Of a stretch of 64,000 bases of DNA, positions 39,200 through 51,234 are shown piece after piece. Origin of the DNA: Octopus sinensis (lineage: Eukaryota); contig NC_042998.1 of the NCBI RefSeq assembly GCF_006345805.1, positions 10,974,001 through 11,038,000 on the forward strand. Reading direction: 5' to 3'. How positions within the stretch are numbered: position 1 is the stretch's first letter; each line of letters begins with the position of its first letter. Made by a program: the position numbers and the translations under genes. The notes below the pieces were generated by a model. That model was not told where the DNA came from. It was given only the letters and a program-made list of their open reading frames with translations, and did not search any database.

Positions 39200-39229
39200 A
39201 TACGAGGGTTGCTGAAAAGTTCCTGGCTT
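39200..39229 (+). mobile_element. Solo mariner-like TIR fragment
   Basis: TACGAGGGTTGCTGAAAAGTTCCTGGCTT. Confidence 0.5.
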
Positions 39230-39777
39230 GAAGAATGCCGCGTTCTTTTACAGGGCTTAGAAAAACATATGCCATGTGTTTGCAAAATCCTTTAGATGCA
39301 TGTATTTTTGCGAGTAGGCGTGGACATTTTATCGACCTCTGGTACAACATTTCCGCATTTGAAACCGAAACAGCGTGAAATAAAATATCTTTTCGTGGAC
39401 AAAACACTCCGCCACGCGCCTCAGACATCGAGGCCGCGGACGTATGGCCGTGATTATCAGGTTACACGCATATATATTTTTGCGTCTTCGTCTGTGCATG
39501 TATGCGTGAACGTGCGTCTGTGCATGTGTGTGTGTGCGCAAATGCGTCTGTATATATACATATACACATTGGCACTTCGTCAGTTACGACGACAAATTTT
39601 CTATTTGATCCGATTAACAGGACATACTGCTCGTGAAATTCACGTGCAAGTTTCTGAGCACACGACGGAGATGCGTAACCTTAACTTTTGTGGATATATG
39701 TATGTGTGTGAGTGCCTGTGTGGGTATGTGTATGAGTATGTGTGTGTTTGTGTGTGTTTGTGTGTGTAGGTATGTAT

Positions 39778-40230
39778 ATATTATATTAAATTAGAGACAA
39801 AACCACTATTAGGCAAATCAAACAATGAAAAACTTAAGCCAATACATAAGATTATTTAATTTATATTATTTAAATATATAACAAAATTATTAAAAAAATA
39901 TCATTAATATCACACTACGATCGTTTCATGGCTGCTAACTTCTTCAAATTTTCGAGTCACATTCATTCATCAGGTGGTTTAAATATTTATCTTGGCGAGG
40001 TTTAAACGATCGTAGTGTGATATTAATTATATTTTTTTAATAATTTTGTTATATATTTAAATAATATAAATTAAATAATCTTCTGTATTGGCTTAAGTTT
40101 TTCATTGTTTGATTTGCCTAATAGTGGTTTTGTCTCTAATTTAATATAATATAATATTTTACTATAAAATTGGATTCAATCCTAAATCTGATTTTTCTCT
40201 GTAAGTTTGGATTTATTTCCTAATATTTAT
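39778..40230. mobile_element. Inverted-duplicated HHR-bearing element (Penelope pLTR-like)
   Basis: Arms at ~39779-39926 and 40004-40151. HHR at 39913-39976(-). Related fragment at ~4085-4170. (TA)n flanks. Confidence 0.8.
39913..39976 (-). ncRNA. Type I hammerhead ribozyme
   Basis: Minus strand: CAC-CTGATGA-ATG..(33 nt)..CAT-GAAA-C-GATC-GTA-GTG. Confidence 0.78.
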
Positions 40231-40241
40231 TATATATATAT

Positions 40242-40319
<78 letters not shown>

Positions 40320-40565
40320 CATACATACATATATATATATGTATATATACATACACACAGACATATTTTGTAATACTAATAATAATCCATGAATGGTATT
40401 TATAAATATTTTAATTCATCGCTACGCGCGTTTACACACTCCCCGTTGTTTTTGCGATCAAGAAACGTGATTTGTGGAAACGTGTGTAACAATGCATTAT
40501 TTATAACATATTTATAAATTCCATCTTTGAATTATCATTATTATTATCATTACTTTATTTATGTG

Positions 40566-41320
40566 GAGCGAGCTGGCAGAAACGTCAGCACGCCGGGCGA
40601 AATGCGTAGCCATATTTTGTCTGCCGTTACGTTCTGAGTTCAAATTTCGCCGAGGTCGACTTTGCCTTGCATCCTTTTGGGGTCGATAAATTAAATACCA
40701 GTTACGCACTGGTTTCGATCTAATCGACTTAAGCCATTTGTCTGTCCTTGTTTGTCCCCTCTGTGTTTAGCCCTTTGCGGGCCGTAAAGAAATAGGTATT
40801 TCGTCTACCGCTACGTTCTGAGTTCCAATTCCGCCGAGGTCGACTTTGCCTTTCATCCTTTTGGGGTCGATAAATTAAATACCAGTTACGCACTGGGGTC
40901 GATCTAATCGACTTAATCCATTTGTCTGTCCTTGTTTGTCCCCTCTGTGTTTAGCCCCTTGCGGGTCGTAAAGAAATAGGTATTTCGTCTGCCGCTACGT
41001 TCTGAGTTCAAATTCCGCCGAGGTCGACTTTGCCTTTCATCCTTTTGGGGTCGATAAATTAAATACCACTTACGCACTGGGGTCGATCTAATCGACTTAA
41101 TCCATTTGTCTGTCTTTGTTTGTTCCCTCTGTGTTTAGCCCCTTGTGGGTCGTAAAGAAATTGGTATTTCGTCTGCCGCTACGTTCTGAGTTCAAATTCC
41201 GCCGTGGTTGACTTTGCTTTCGATGAAACAAGTACCAGTTACGCTCTGGGGTCGATGTAATCGAGTAACCCCCTTCCCCCAAAATTTTCAAGGCCTTGTA
41301 CCTAGAGTAGAAATTATTAT
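40566..41320 (+). mobile_element. SINE family B with about four tandem 184 bp bodies
   Basis: Unit starts at 40612, 40796, 40980 and 41164. Confidence 0.92.
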
Positions 41321-41401
41321 TACCATATTTATCTTACATTATATCGGTACGCCTCACTACTACCCCATAAAACTACTTTTGCAAGTTGGTATCATTAGGC
41401 C

Positions 41402-41586
41402 TTACGGAGATGTACTTGCATAGCAAGTGATTTGATCTGAGATCGTGTGCTGGAACGAAAACAATTGCAGCGCGGTCTTATAGCGACGAAAATATTTTGA
41501 CAAATTAAACTTAAATGTTGAAGTGAAGTGAACGGCTTTTGTGTGTTTCTTAAATGGCTTACAAACACCTTCCACGCTGCAATTGT
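41402..41586. mobile_element. Second copy of the 22145-22431 family with a probable TSD
   Basis: Same sequence blocks, flanked by TATCATTAGGCC (41390-41401) and TATCATTATGCC (41587-41598). Confidence 0.8.
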
Positions 41587-41727
41587 TATCATTATGCCGT
41601 AGCCGACATAATAAGATAGGAACTTTTATATGCGTACTCTATATATATTATATTTATGTATGTGTGTGCATCTATTTCTCTATACATATATATGTGTTTA
41701 TATATGTGCATATATATATATACATAC

Positions 41728-41826
<99 letters not shown>

Positions 41827-41837
41827 TTATATATATG

Positions 41838-42134
41838 TTTGTTCCTTCTCGAGCCATGCCTGGCCCATAAGGGCCTGTTTCCCAGTTTCCTTGGCGTGTA
41901 GGTTCCCCACCTTGATGGGACGCCGGTCCGTCGCAGGTGAGCTGCAAAATGCAGGAGGAAAGAGTGAGAGAAAGTTGCGGCGAAAGAGTCAGCAGAAGTT
42001 CGCCATTACTTTCTGCCGGAGCCGCGGGGAGCTTAGGTGTTTCGCTCATAAACACACACAACGCCCGGTCTGAGATTCGAACCCGCGATCCCTCGACTGC
42101 GAGTCCGCTGCTCTAATCACTAGTCCATGTGCCT
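41838..42134 (-). mobile_element. tRNA-Arg-like SINE (family C)
   Basis: Minus-strand head GGCACATGGACTAGTGATTAGAGCAGCGGACTCGCAGTCGAGGGATCGCGGGTTCGAATCTCAG with a TCG anticodon-like loop; AAC tail. Confidence 0.8.
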
Positions 42135-42152
42135 AAACACACACACACACAC

Positions 42153-42519
42153 ATGCTGGAGCACCGCCTTTAGTCGAGCAAATCGACCCCGGGACTTATT
42201 CTTTGTAAGCCTAGTACTTATTCTATCGGTCACTTTTGGCGAGCCGCTAAGTGACGGGGACGTAAACACAACAGCATCGGTTGTCAAGCAATGCTAGGGG
42301 GACAAGCACAGACACACAAACATATACACACACACTTATATATATATACATATATACGACAGGCTTCTTTCAGTTTCCATCTACCAAATCCACTCACAAG
42401 GCATTGGTCGGCCCGGGGCTATAGCAGAAGACACTTGCCCAAGATGCCACGCAGTGGGACTGAACCCGGAACCATGTGGTTGGTTAGCAAGCTACTTACC
42501 ACACAGCCACTCCTGCGCC
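42153..42519 (-). mobile_element. SINE family A, 3'-truncated
   Basis: Match to 16876-17281. Confidence 0.92.
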
Positions 42520-43064
42520 TATATTTACCTTTCACATAGTTTAGATTGTGATCTGGAAATAGACAAGAAAGAAGTTGCTAAACTACGAGGAATAGGGTGC
42601 CACTGGATTAAAAAGGGAAGAAATAAAAAAAAAGAAAGGAAGAAAGAAAAAGAAAAGAACTATAAAACCTCAAATGGTTTTATTCAACCGAAGACAACAA
42701 AAGCTTATAATAAAGCAAACCCACTGCAACACAGTGGTTTTTAACGTCACACTTTATTATTGGTTTATGTGACCTAAAAATGAACACAAATCCCTGTTAG
42801 CTGTTGAACCTTTATCTTTGATACCTCACCTATAACAAGTTGGTGACTGAAAGACCTGTCTGAATAACAACGGAAATATTTAAGTTATTGGCCTCACCTT
42901 GACATTCCTCATAAAACCTGCTGGAGAGTTATTGATGCATTTTATGCATGTCGTACTCCGTTTCACCAAAAATAACCTTTTTGTTTTTGCTATTTTCACA
43001 GTTATATGTCAAAACACGAATAAAGTGTCAGCTATACAATTTATTTTCTCTTCTGTTCCTTTAT

Positions 43065-43375
43065 TTGCTTCAGTTATTACATTGCAGCCATACTGGAGCA
43101 ACATTTTCAGGGTTTTAGTAGATTAAATCGACTCTAATGCCTATTTATTTTAAAGTCTTGTCCTTACTCTATCTGGTCCTTTTGCCGAAACTCTAAGTAA
43201 CGAGGATATGTACAAATTAATAGAGGTTCTCAAGCGGGTGGTGGTGGTGCTGGTGGGGAGACACAAAGACACGCGCACATAAGCATTTGCATACACGACG
43301 AGCTTCCACACGAAATTCACTCTTAGAGCATTCGTCGAATCGGTGCTATAGTAGGAGACATTTGTCCAAAGCACC
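43065..43375 (-). mobile_element. Old SINE family A copy
   Basis: Diverged match (GCAGCCATACTGGAGCA, CTCTATCTGGTCCTTTTGCCGAA, GCTATAGTAGGAGACA). Confidence 0.7.
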
Positions 43376-43391
43376 TATATGAGTGTATGTA

Positions 43392-43620
43392 AGGCAGTGA
43401 GCTGGCAGACACGGTAGCGCGCCGGGCGAAGTGCTTAGCGGTATTTCGTCTGTCGTTACGTTCTGAGTTCAAATTCCGCCGAGGTCGACTTCGCCTTTCA
43501 TCCTTTCGGGGTCGATAAATAAAGTACCAGTTTCGCACAGGGATCGATATAATCGACTCAATCCCTTCGTCTGTCCTTGTTTGTCCCCTCTATGTTTAGC
43601 CCCTTGAGGGCAGTAAAGAA

Positions 43621-43622
<2 letters not shown>
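43392..43622 (+). mobile_element. SINE family B
   Basis: Match to 9580-9810. Confidence 0.92.
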
Positions 43623-43655
<33 letters not shown>

Positions 43656-45665
43656 TGTATGTATGTATGTATGTCTATCTATCTGTGTGTGTGTGTGCAT
43701 TCACATATGTATGTGGTCTTTCCCTTTTTTGAATTTATAATAAATTTTGGTCGGCCGCCTGCTTGGTAGCAAGGCTGTGAAGGAAAGGATCTTGTTGTAT
43801 GTACGTATATATGTATGCATGCTTGTATGTATGTATGTATGTATGTATGTATGTATGTATGTACGTATGTATGTATGGCATTATTATAACAATGAGCAGA
43901 TGTATGTATCACGTGTTACCTCTGTAAATTACTAAAGAATGTGCAAAACACTATCACCACTAGCGCCTCTCTCTCCCTTATTCTCTTTCTGTCTGTATGT
44001 TTGTCTCTCTCCCTCTCTATTTGACTCACTCATGAGTACCAATGGTACTTCAATTTATATTTCCATTTTTTCTAAACTGCGCATTCTTTTTAATCCTGGC
44101 ACGATAATTTGTCACTTGATGGTAAAATAGAAGTTAAGCTCTTTATAGAAATATTACATTTTATGAACACTTAATCCCAACATAAAAACAAGGTGCCTCA
44201 CCCAGATTCGATGTTAGCCACAAATAAATTAAATTCAACTTTTTTCAACGCAATGGGGTAACAGATATTATAATCACCAATTTTGGGATGAAAAGAGATA
44301 CAGGGCTACATCTACATTACTCCCACTTAAGCCTAATGCTCCACGTTATTTATACTGAGCACGACTAAACTACAGTTTACATGATAATATATAGGCTATA
44401 GGCCCTTCTGTCCGTAAACCGACTTCTTAGAAATGCAGTCAAAAGAAATTCTAGGTGAATTAGGGTTTCAGTTGAATGTCGTAATGCTATTTTAATAGTT
44501 TCTTTCTCCTAGGCTTGGGAACTAATCGATTGAAAGATTCTTATATAATGATCATAACTTTTGAGAGCATATGGCGACCAAGAAGCAGAGAGGCGATGCC
44601 GTTTGTTTTGTGTGTTGAATGGCATTTTAAAGACAGGCAAACAAATAAATAAATGACTAAGAAATAGTAAACGCACGCAATCTGAAGTAGTTGAAAAAAA
44701 AATGTAATATATACACAAACCGCAGAAAAACACAGTGAGATGCTATGTTAGTAGTATTTTATTGCAACTCGTTACAGATAAGCAAAACCAACAACTGTCA
44801 TCTTTTCTGTTTGACATCGGTGGTTGACCGACTCGGAAAAGATTTGACAGAGCAACAAATTGTAGCAGCATATCTAAAATAGTATTTGAATATCTATTCA
44901 AATATACGTAACTGAGCGATGGGAAAAATGTTTTCTCAAGATTTCGACATTTAAAACTATGTTGCTGCGATATACATTTCAACAAACTCTTTGACAATAC
45001 TAGATAATACTTAGATATTTTTTCGTTAAGTAGTTTGATAATCATTGCATTGTTTGTACTCGGATGTAATCGATCCATTTGCTAATTGATAGTAATTTTC
45101 AGAAAAAGAGTATTGCATATATAACTTCTCTCTTGTCCGCTTTATAAAGTTGATATTCATTGTCTTTCTTCAGCAGACCTTTTTAGTATTTCCCCTGGCT
45201 CTCCGGGTTCTGTGTTCAATCCTTGTCGCGGTCAAGTTTGTCATTCGCTCGTATGATCTAGGAATCAATAAATTTTGCTTCTACACATTGTTATGTTTAT
45301 GATATTTTCGTTCCTGAAAGTTTAAATCATGTGTTAACCTCCCGACACCACAATCTGTGACGCTTCACTTTACTTCCCCACAGATGTTGTCGTGTATCTT
45401 AACTTTAGGTCAGCTCTGATCAGACGTACCTGATCAGAACGCATTTCAATAATAATTTGTTTTTTCAGATGCAATGTAACATGGATTATATTATTCAATG
45501 TGCCTTTGTCGTGGTGCAGTATATCTCCGACGAAAAATTAACTATTATTTCTAGTTGGTCGTGCAACGTCAAAGAAACTCCATCGTTGGCTTCTTTTGAT
45601 TTTGCTGAATTTAGATTTGGATGATGCAGAAACCTATTGCTGACAATGTTTAGAAAATCTACAAC

Positions 45666-46206
45666 AGAAACTCGGGTCCGTGTGTATCACGTCAGGCTGG
45701 AGATGGGAACGATGACTTCCCTTTGCAAATACTGATATGGCACATACAGTGTGTCAATAGCCAGCTGCAGGAGATGTCTACCTGGGGCTATAAGCTACAG
45801 TAGCATCAACCCTTAAGGGTTAGCCACATTTAGGTGGCAAATATACTTCACGATATCGTGCAGCTACTGTTTATACCTCGCTCAGAGATTTATTATTGCT
45901 AGTTTTCACTTTTTCGAGAGCTGTGATTTTCGTCACTGGAAACAGTACATATATATTTGCATTGAGAATCATTTCCCCGCCAACCGGTGGTTGTCACACG
46001 CTGATGACGGGTCAATACCCAGAAACTCGGGTCCGTGTGTATCACGTCAGGCTGGAGATGGGAACGATGACTTCCCTTTGCAAATACTGTTAGGGTACAA
46101 ACATTGTGTCAATAGCCAGCTGGAGGAGATGTCTTCCTGGGGATACAAGCTACAGTAGCATCAACCCTTAAGGGTTAGCCACATTTAGGTGGCAAATATA
46201 CTTCAC
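45666..46206 (+). mobile_element. About 1.5 copies of a 355 bp HHR-bearing monomer (retrozyme-like)
   Basis: 45666-45851 is repeated at 46021-46206. Complete HHR at 45995-46039 and the 3' half of a second HHR at 45666-45684. Confidence 0.85.
45995..46039 (+). ncRNA. Type I hammerhead ribozyme, canonical core
   Basis: CACACG-CTGATGA-CGGG-TCAATA-CCCA-GAAA-C-TCGG-GTC-CGTGTG. Confidence 0.88.
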
Positions 46207-46873
46207 AAAGAAATAATAATTTTAGGGCAAGAAAACTGCGAGAGAACGTGGTTAGCATGGAAAAAGCAGAAACAGAGTGGCACACAAAAGAACGGAACTA
46301 AAAAACGAATACACGATAATGGAAGAGAAAGAAACATAAAACTTGAATAAGAAGAAGTAGTAACCGGTGGAACTAAGATAACAGTGGTTATAATTATATA
46401 TAATGGGAAAGGAGTGCTGTAGGGAATAGAAAGTTGAGCGTTTTCAGATGATCAGCCAAACTAGTTATAGGCTGTACTTTGTGAGTTACATGCACAATAA
46501 TCCTGCCAGCGTCTTCACTCTTGAGCCATCGGACACAGCCGTATGATTAAAACCATTTAGTTATGCATGTCTCTTCACATCCTGCAAAGATCAAAAACTA
46601 AATGTAGCATGTCCCGTAAGTACTCCATCATACTTGAAGAGAGTCATCAACACCCAAAATCTAGATAACGTTTAATCAGCACTGCAACTACTGCAAGGTC
46701 ACTAACTGAACCGCTTCAGTTAATCAGCAATTCTTGTCATTTGACAAAATGATAATCAGCAATTTTGCAGAACTTTTTTCCTTCTACATCATTTCTCAAA
46801 TTCTGAGAGAAAAACTGCGGTACAAAAAAGTCTTTGCTTCTGCTGACTGCATGATATACAACTCTAACCTGCA

Positions 46874-47471
46874 TACACTTGATAAATTTTCTCAAAAAAT
46901 GTCCCTTTCTAACCACCAGATTCAGCTTCTTGTATACACTCTATGTCACGCTGGTGAGACCCATATTGGAGTACGGGATTCAAGTCTCTTCTCCTTATCT
47001 CCTCAAAGACATACAGCATCTCGAAAGAGTCCAGAAGCTGGCTACCCGCATGGTTCTTGGACTCAAGAATTTGTCTTATGAAGAAAGGCTGAAGACGCTC
47101 AACCTTTATTCTCTAGAAAAACAACGACACCGTGGTGATCTCATTCTTGCTCACAGCATCATAAGCGGAAAGTGTAACTTCTCGAAAGAGCTATTCTTCA
47201 CTCCTGCTCCAGAGCGTCGGCTGCGGGGTCACTCCGAAGAGCTCTATCTGCGACGATTTCATCTCAATCGAAGGAGAGGGACTTTCTCCGTCCGGGTTGC
47301 GGATCTGTGGAATAAGCTGCCAGACGAGATGGTGAAGATGCCGACGACCGCTCGGTTCAAGTGGCCTGAACTCTTTACATGAACACCACCCTGTACATAA
47401 CTCCATGTCCCCCTACATGGCCTTGCTTTTTGCTTTTTGAGCCAAAAAATTAACTAACTAACTAACTAACA
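46874..47471 (+). mobile_element. 3' end of a CR1-clade LINE
   Basis: LYVTLVRPILEYG..SPYL.KDIQHLERVQKLATRMV.GLKNLSYEERLKTLNLYSLE..R.RGDLI..FSVRVADLWNKLP, then an (AACT)n tail. Confidence 0.93.
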
Positions 47472-48084
47472 AGTACGAAAGTACCTCCTGTCGTTTCAAG
47501 TCAGCAAGGCCATCTAACAATATGCCATTGAACTTGTACCTATACACAACCAATTCTTCTATATATTTCTTTCTACATACACACATACACACACACACGC
47601 ATGTTCACACACACACAAGCATGTTCACACACACACACATGTTCACATACACACGCACACATATTCTGGTGAACATTAAAGTGAAGTGGGATCGTGCGCT
47701 TATATGTATTTGAGATTTTTCTTCAAACAAATCGAATGAAAAGAACTGCTTAACGCGTCTGAAAAAAATGCTCTGTAAAACATGTAACTTTTCAAAAGTA
47801 GTGAATTATGTTCAAATGATGTAATATTTTAGTCCTGCTGATGTATACTAGTAGAGACAGAGGTCAGTGTTTGTGTCCTCTCTCCACAAAAGTGATTTTG
47901 TTTGGGTTACTTATGCATTAAACAATTTGATAGGATGGCCAAACTATCAAAAAATAAAAGAACAAAGAAAATGTTTTATTTCTTTCTTTCCTCTACCGTT
48001 TTTCTTTACTTACATTATTTCTTTTTATTTCGTTCTTACTTCATTCTTCCCATTGAGTTATTCACTTCGTATTCCTTGGTTCGT

Positions 48085-48297
48085 TTCTTCTTCTTCTTCT
48101 TCTTCTTCTTCTTCTTCTTCTTCTTCTTCTTCTTCTTCTTCTTCTTCTTCTTCTTCTTCTTCTTCTCTTCTTCTTCTTCTTCTTCTTCTTCTCCTTCTTC
48201 TTCTTCTTTTTCTTCCTCTTCTTCTTCTCCTTCTCTTCTTCTTCTTCATCTTCTTCTTCTTCTTCTTCTTCTTCTTCTTCTTCTTCTTCTTCTTCCT
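48085..48297. repeat. (TTC)n microsatellite
   Basis: Directly visible. Confidence 0.97.
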
Positions 48298-48872
48298 CTA
48301 ATCTCTATCAATCTTTCTACTGGTTTAGTGGAACACTTTGAAGTGGAATGCTGTGCGATTAGACAGCACCGTTTGCTTTGAATAGCCAGATTGAAAAACA
48401 ACTGACCTAAATTATACGGTTGATCACTTGGTTGTCAAATGGAGTGCAATATGGAATTCTGAGGTTTTTTTCTTTTATCCATAGATACGGCCTGATTTAG
48501 CTTACCTTTTATATAGATAAAAAACGACAAAGGAATATTATCTTTCCCGTTTCTCTCTCCTTATCTTAGTACACACACACACACACACATGCACAGATAC
48601 ACACACACGCGCACAGATACACACACATACACACACGCACAGATACACACACACATGCACACGCATCCACGTATGTGTGGTGTGCGCATATGTCATATTA
48701 GCGCCTGCGTGCTTGTTTCAATATTTATTGTTGTGCACGTACACATGCACCCAGATAGGCACTCGCTCTCGCATATCATATGATATATTATATAGGTAAT
48801 ATATATTATATATATATATATGTATATATATATACATATATATATATATGTGTGTGTGTATGTATGTATATA

Positions 48873-48908
<36 letters not shown>

Positions 48909-48934
48909 CGTATATATATAAATATAAATATGTA

Positions 48935-49003
<69 letters not shown>

Positions 49004-49005
49004 AT

Positions 49006-49049
<44 letters not shown>

Positions 49050-49147
49050 GTTAATCCAAACATGAAAGCACAAAAAAAAAACACAACAACGCGAGGACGT
49101 GGAACAAATATAGTATTATTGGACGCTCAGGAAGGAAGGAAGAAGGG

Positions 49148-49182
49148 GTTCAACGTTTCGAGCGGAGCTCTTCGTCGGAAAC
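49148..49182 (-). ncRNA. Minimal hammerhead variant (core CCGACGAA) in a ~210 bp (TA)n-flanked repeat (49049-49260)
   Basis: Minus strand: GTTT-CCGACGAA-GAGC-TCC-GCTC-GAAA-CGTT-GAAC. Confidence 0.6.
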
Positions 49183-49319
49183 ATAGGAGAAGGAAAGATC
49201 CCGAGAAGGGAAGACAGAGGAAAAAAAATCGCCAGCGGTACACACGCGGTCACATTTTGATATATATATATATATATATAAACTACATACATCTACACAT
49301 ATACAAATGCATAATTACA

Positions 49320-49612
49320 CCGCTTGGCCTAGCAGTTAGAGTTTTGCACGTGAGGTTGCAGTTTCTGTTGCTTGGCTGGGCGATGTGTTGTGTTCTTCAG
49401 CTAAACATTACCTGTCGCGTTGCTCTGCGATCACTTCGATTTCTAAGGTGTTGTACCGTTCCCCGGTACAGTCAATGTAGATGTAATGGTAAGGAGTAAG
49501 CTAGTGTGAAGCATAAACATCTGACTATTATAGACAAGCCTCCATCTGCAAGTTGTTCAAAGAGATATTGCTGAGGTCTCCTCTATCGTCTGACAGGAGA
49601 GTCAACAACAAC
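49320..49612 (+). mobile_element. Degenerate tRNA-derived SINE with (CAA)n tail
   Basis: TGGCCTAGCAGTTAG head; tail CGTCTGACAGGAGAGTCAACAACAAC. Confidence 0.55.
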
Positions 49613-49675
49613 ATACACAGACACGCAAATACATACACACAGACTCACAATATATGTGGTGTGTATATATATATA

Positions 49676-49717
<42 letters not shown>

Positions 49718-49722
<5 letters not shown>

Positions 49723-50542
49723 TCAATATAGGGTGGCAAAAAAAATTTTGTAGAACTTTTTTGCCACCAGCGGCCTAGTGGGAAAAAATTAAATAGTCAT
49801 AGACCATTTTAAGTTCAACATCAAACAATCAAGGAACGGCCATAATAGGCCATTCACCCACTAGAAATAACGCCAAAGCTTCAACCGCAAATAAAAGTCA
49901 ATTCCGTAAACAGGAGAAAATTTAAAAAACATTACAGGGTAAATGTTTTTAAATTTTCTCCTGTTTACGGAATTGACTTTATTTGCGGTTGAAGGTTTGA
50001 AGCTTTGGCTGTTATTTCTAGTGGGTGAATGGCCTATTATGGCGTTCCTTGATTGTTGATGTTGAACTTAAAAATGGTCTATGACTATTAATTTTTTCCC
50101 ACTAGGCCGCTGGTGGCAAAAAAATTCTACAAAAGTTTTTTGCCACCCTATATTGATTAATTATGAATTTTCTGGTAATTCGTAATGGAATCGACGGCTT
50201 ATATTTATTTGCTGCCGATAAATTTGGCGCGAGTGCGATGATTTGAAAATTTTAGGTCAGATATTACCTGGCAGGGTCGGAAATGCCTCGTGAAAAAATC
50301 TGTTCCGACTTGTGGCTATTTCTTACTGAAGAATCTGAGGGGCTATGGAAGATTGGCTTGATTTAATTTAATCAGTTAGTTTACCATTAAACACGCAGAT
50401 GAAACGGGTGCATCGTATAAGAAATTACAGGGTAAATGTTTTTTAATTTTCTCTGTTTACGGAATTGACTTGTATTTGCGGTTTTGAAGCTTTGGTGTTA
50501 TTTCTAGTGGGTGAATGGCCTATTATGGCCGTCCTTGATTGT

Positions 50543-50545
<3 letters not shown>
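49718..50545 (+). mobile_element. 493 bp HHR-bearing monomer, partial tandem with an inverted 5' portion
   Basis: Inverted arms at ~49718-49933 and 49942-50160. ATTACAGGGTAAATG at 49931 and 50424. HHR at 50318-50425. (TA)n on both sides. Homologous to 32831-33371. Confidence 0.85.
50318..50425 (+). ncRNA. Type I hammerhead ribozyme, canonical core
   Basis: ATTTCTTA-CTGAAGA-ATCTG..(58 nt)..CAGAT-GAAA-CGGGTGCATC-GTA-TAAGAAAT. Stem I is 8 bp and stem II is 5 bp. Confidence 0.88.
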
Positions 50546-50583
<38 letters not shown>

Positions 50584-50641
50584 TAAACTTGGAAAGGGAT
50601 GCGTGGCATTCAATCATATAATATAAGTAAATATATATATC

Positions 50642-50679
<38 letters not shown>

Positions 50680-50694
50680 TATGTGTATATATAT

Positions 50695-50900
50695 AACGGG
50701 AAGCTTTATGAAAATAAACAAAAGACGAAGGCAGGTGGAGTACAAACAAACAATTGTATTAGTATGGCGCTCAGGAATATAAATAAAACAAGTCTTTTAC
50801 GTTTCGAGCCTACGCTCTTCAACAAAAAGATACAGAGAAAAGAAACACAGAGAGAAACAAGGAGAGAAAAAAATGCGTGCAGAAGCTAGCGATTCAACAT
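50695..50900 (-). repeat. Copy of the 18205-18405 family with a minimal HHR variant at 50794-50830
   Basis: Minus strand: TCTTTTTGTTGAAGAGCGTAGGCTCGAAACGTAAAAGAC. Confidence 0.8.
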
Positions 50901-50920
50901 GTAATTATAATTACATACAT

Positions 50921-51090
50921 AATTATAACAAAGGCTTAGCTTGCGCCTCACCACGCACTGAAAAATAGACGTCAATAGACACTATTGCGAAAATAAATTC
51001 TCCGACACTTTACACATAGGAGGCAATAGTGTCTTTTGACGTCTATTTTTCAGTGCATGGTGAGGCGCAAGCCAAGCCCTTGTTATAATT
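50921..51090. repeat. Fold-back/MITE-like element (68 bp arms)
   Basis: 50921-50988 is the reverse complement of 51023-51090 with few mismatches. Confidence 0.9.
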
Positions 51091-51234
51091 GTGTATCTGA
51101 TTATAAAATATTTATATTAATTTATCTACGAGCTTTTATTTTGGCGCTGACCACTTGATAAAACACATTTATGAATTTACCCTTTATTATTATTATAATT
51201 AATTGGAATATATATATGCATGTATGCATACATA

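Noticed and set aside
40566-41320. Regularly spaced repeats suggestive of a CRISPR-like array
   Set aside because: The whole 184 bp unit repeats with no unique spacers. These are SINE bodies in eukaryotic DNA, with no cas genes.
42060-42134. tRNA-Arg gene
   Set aside because: tRNA-like head of a SINE; it lacks a proper acceptor stem and continues into the SINE body.
44743-45078. 111 aa ORF, possible hAT transposase remnant
   Set aside because: No diagnostic motif that I can support.
47867-48381. Poly-S/L/F/E ORFs
   Set aside because: Translations of (TTC)n.
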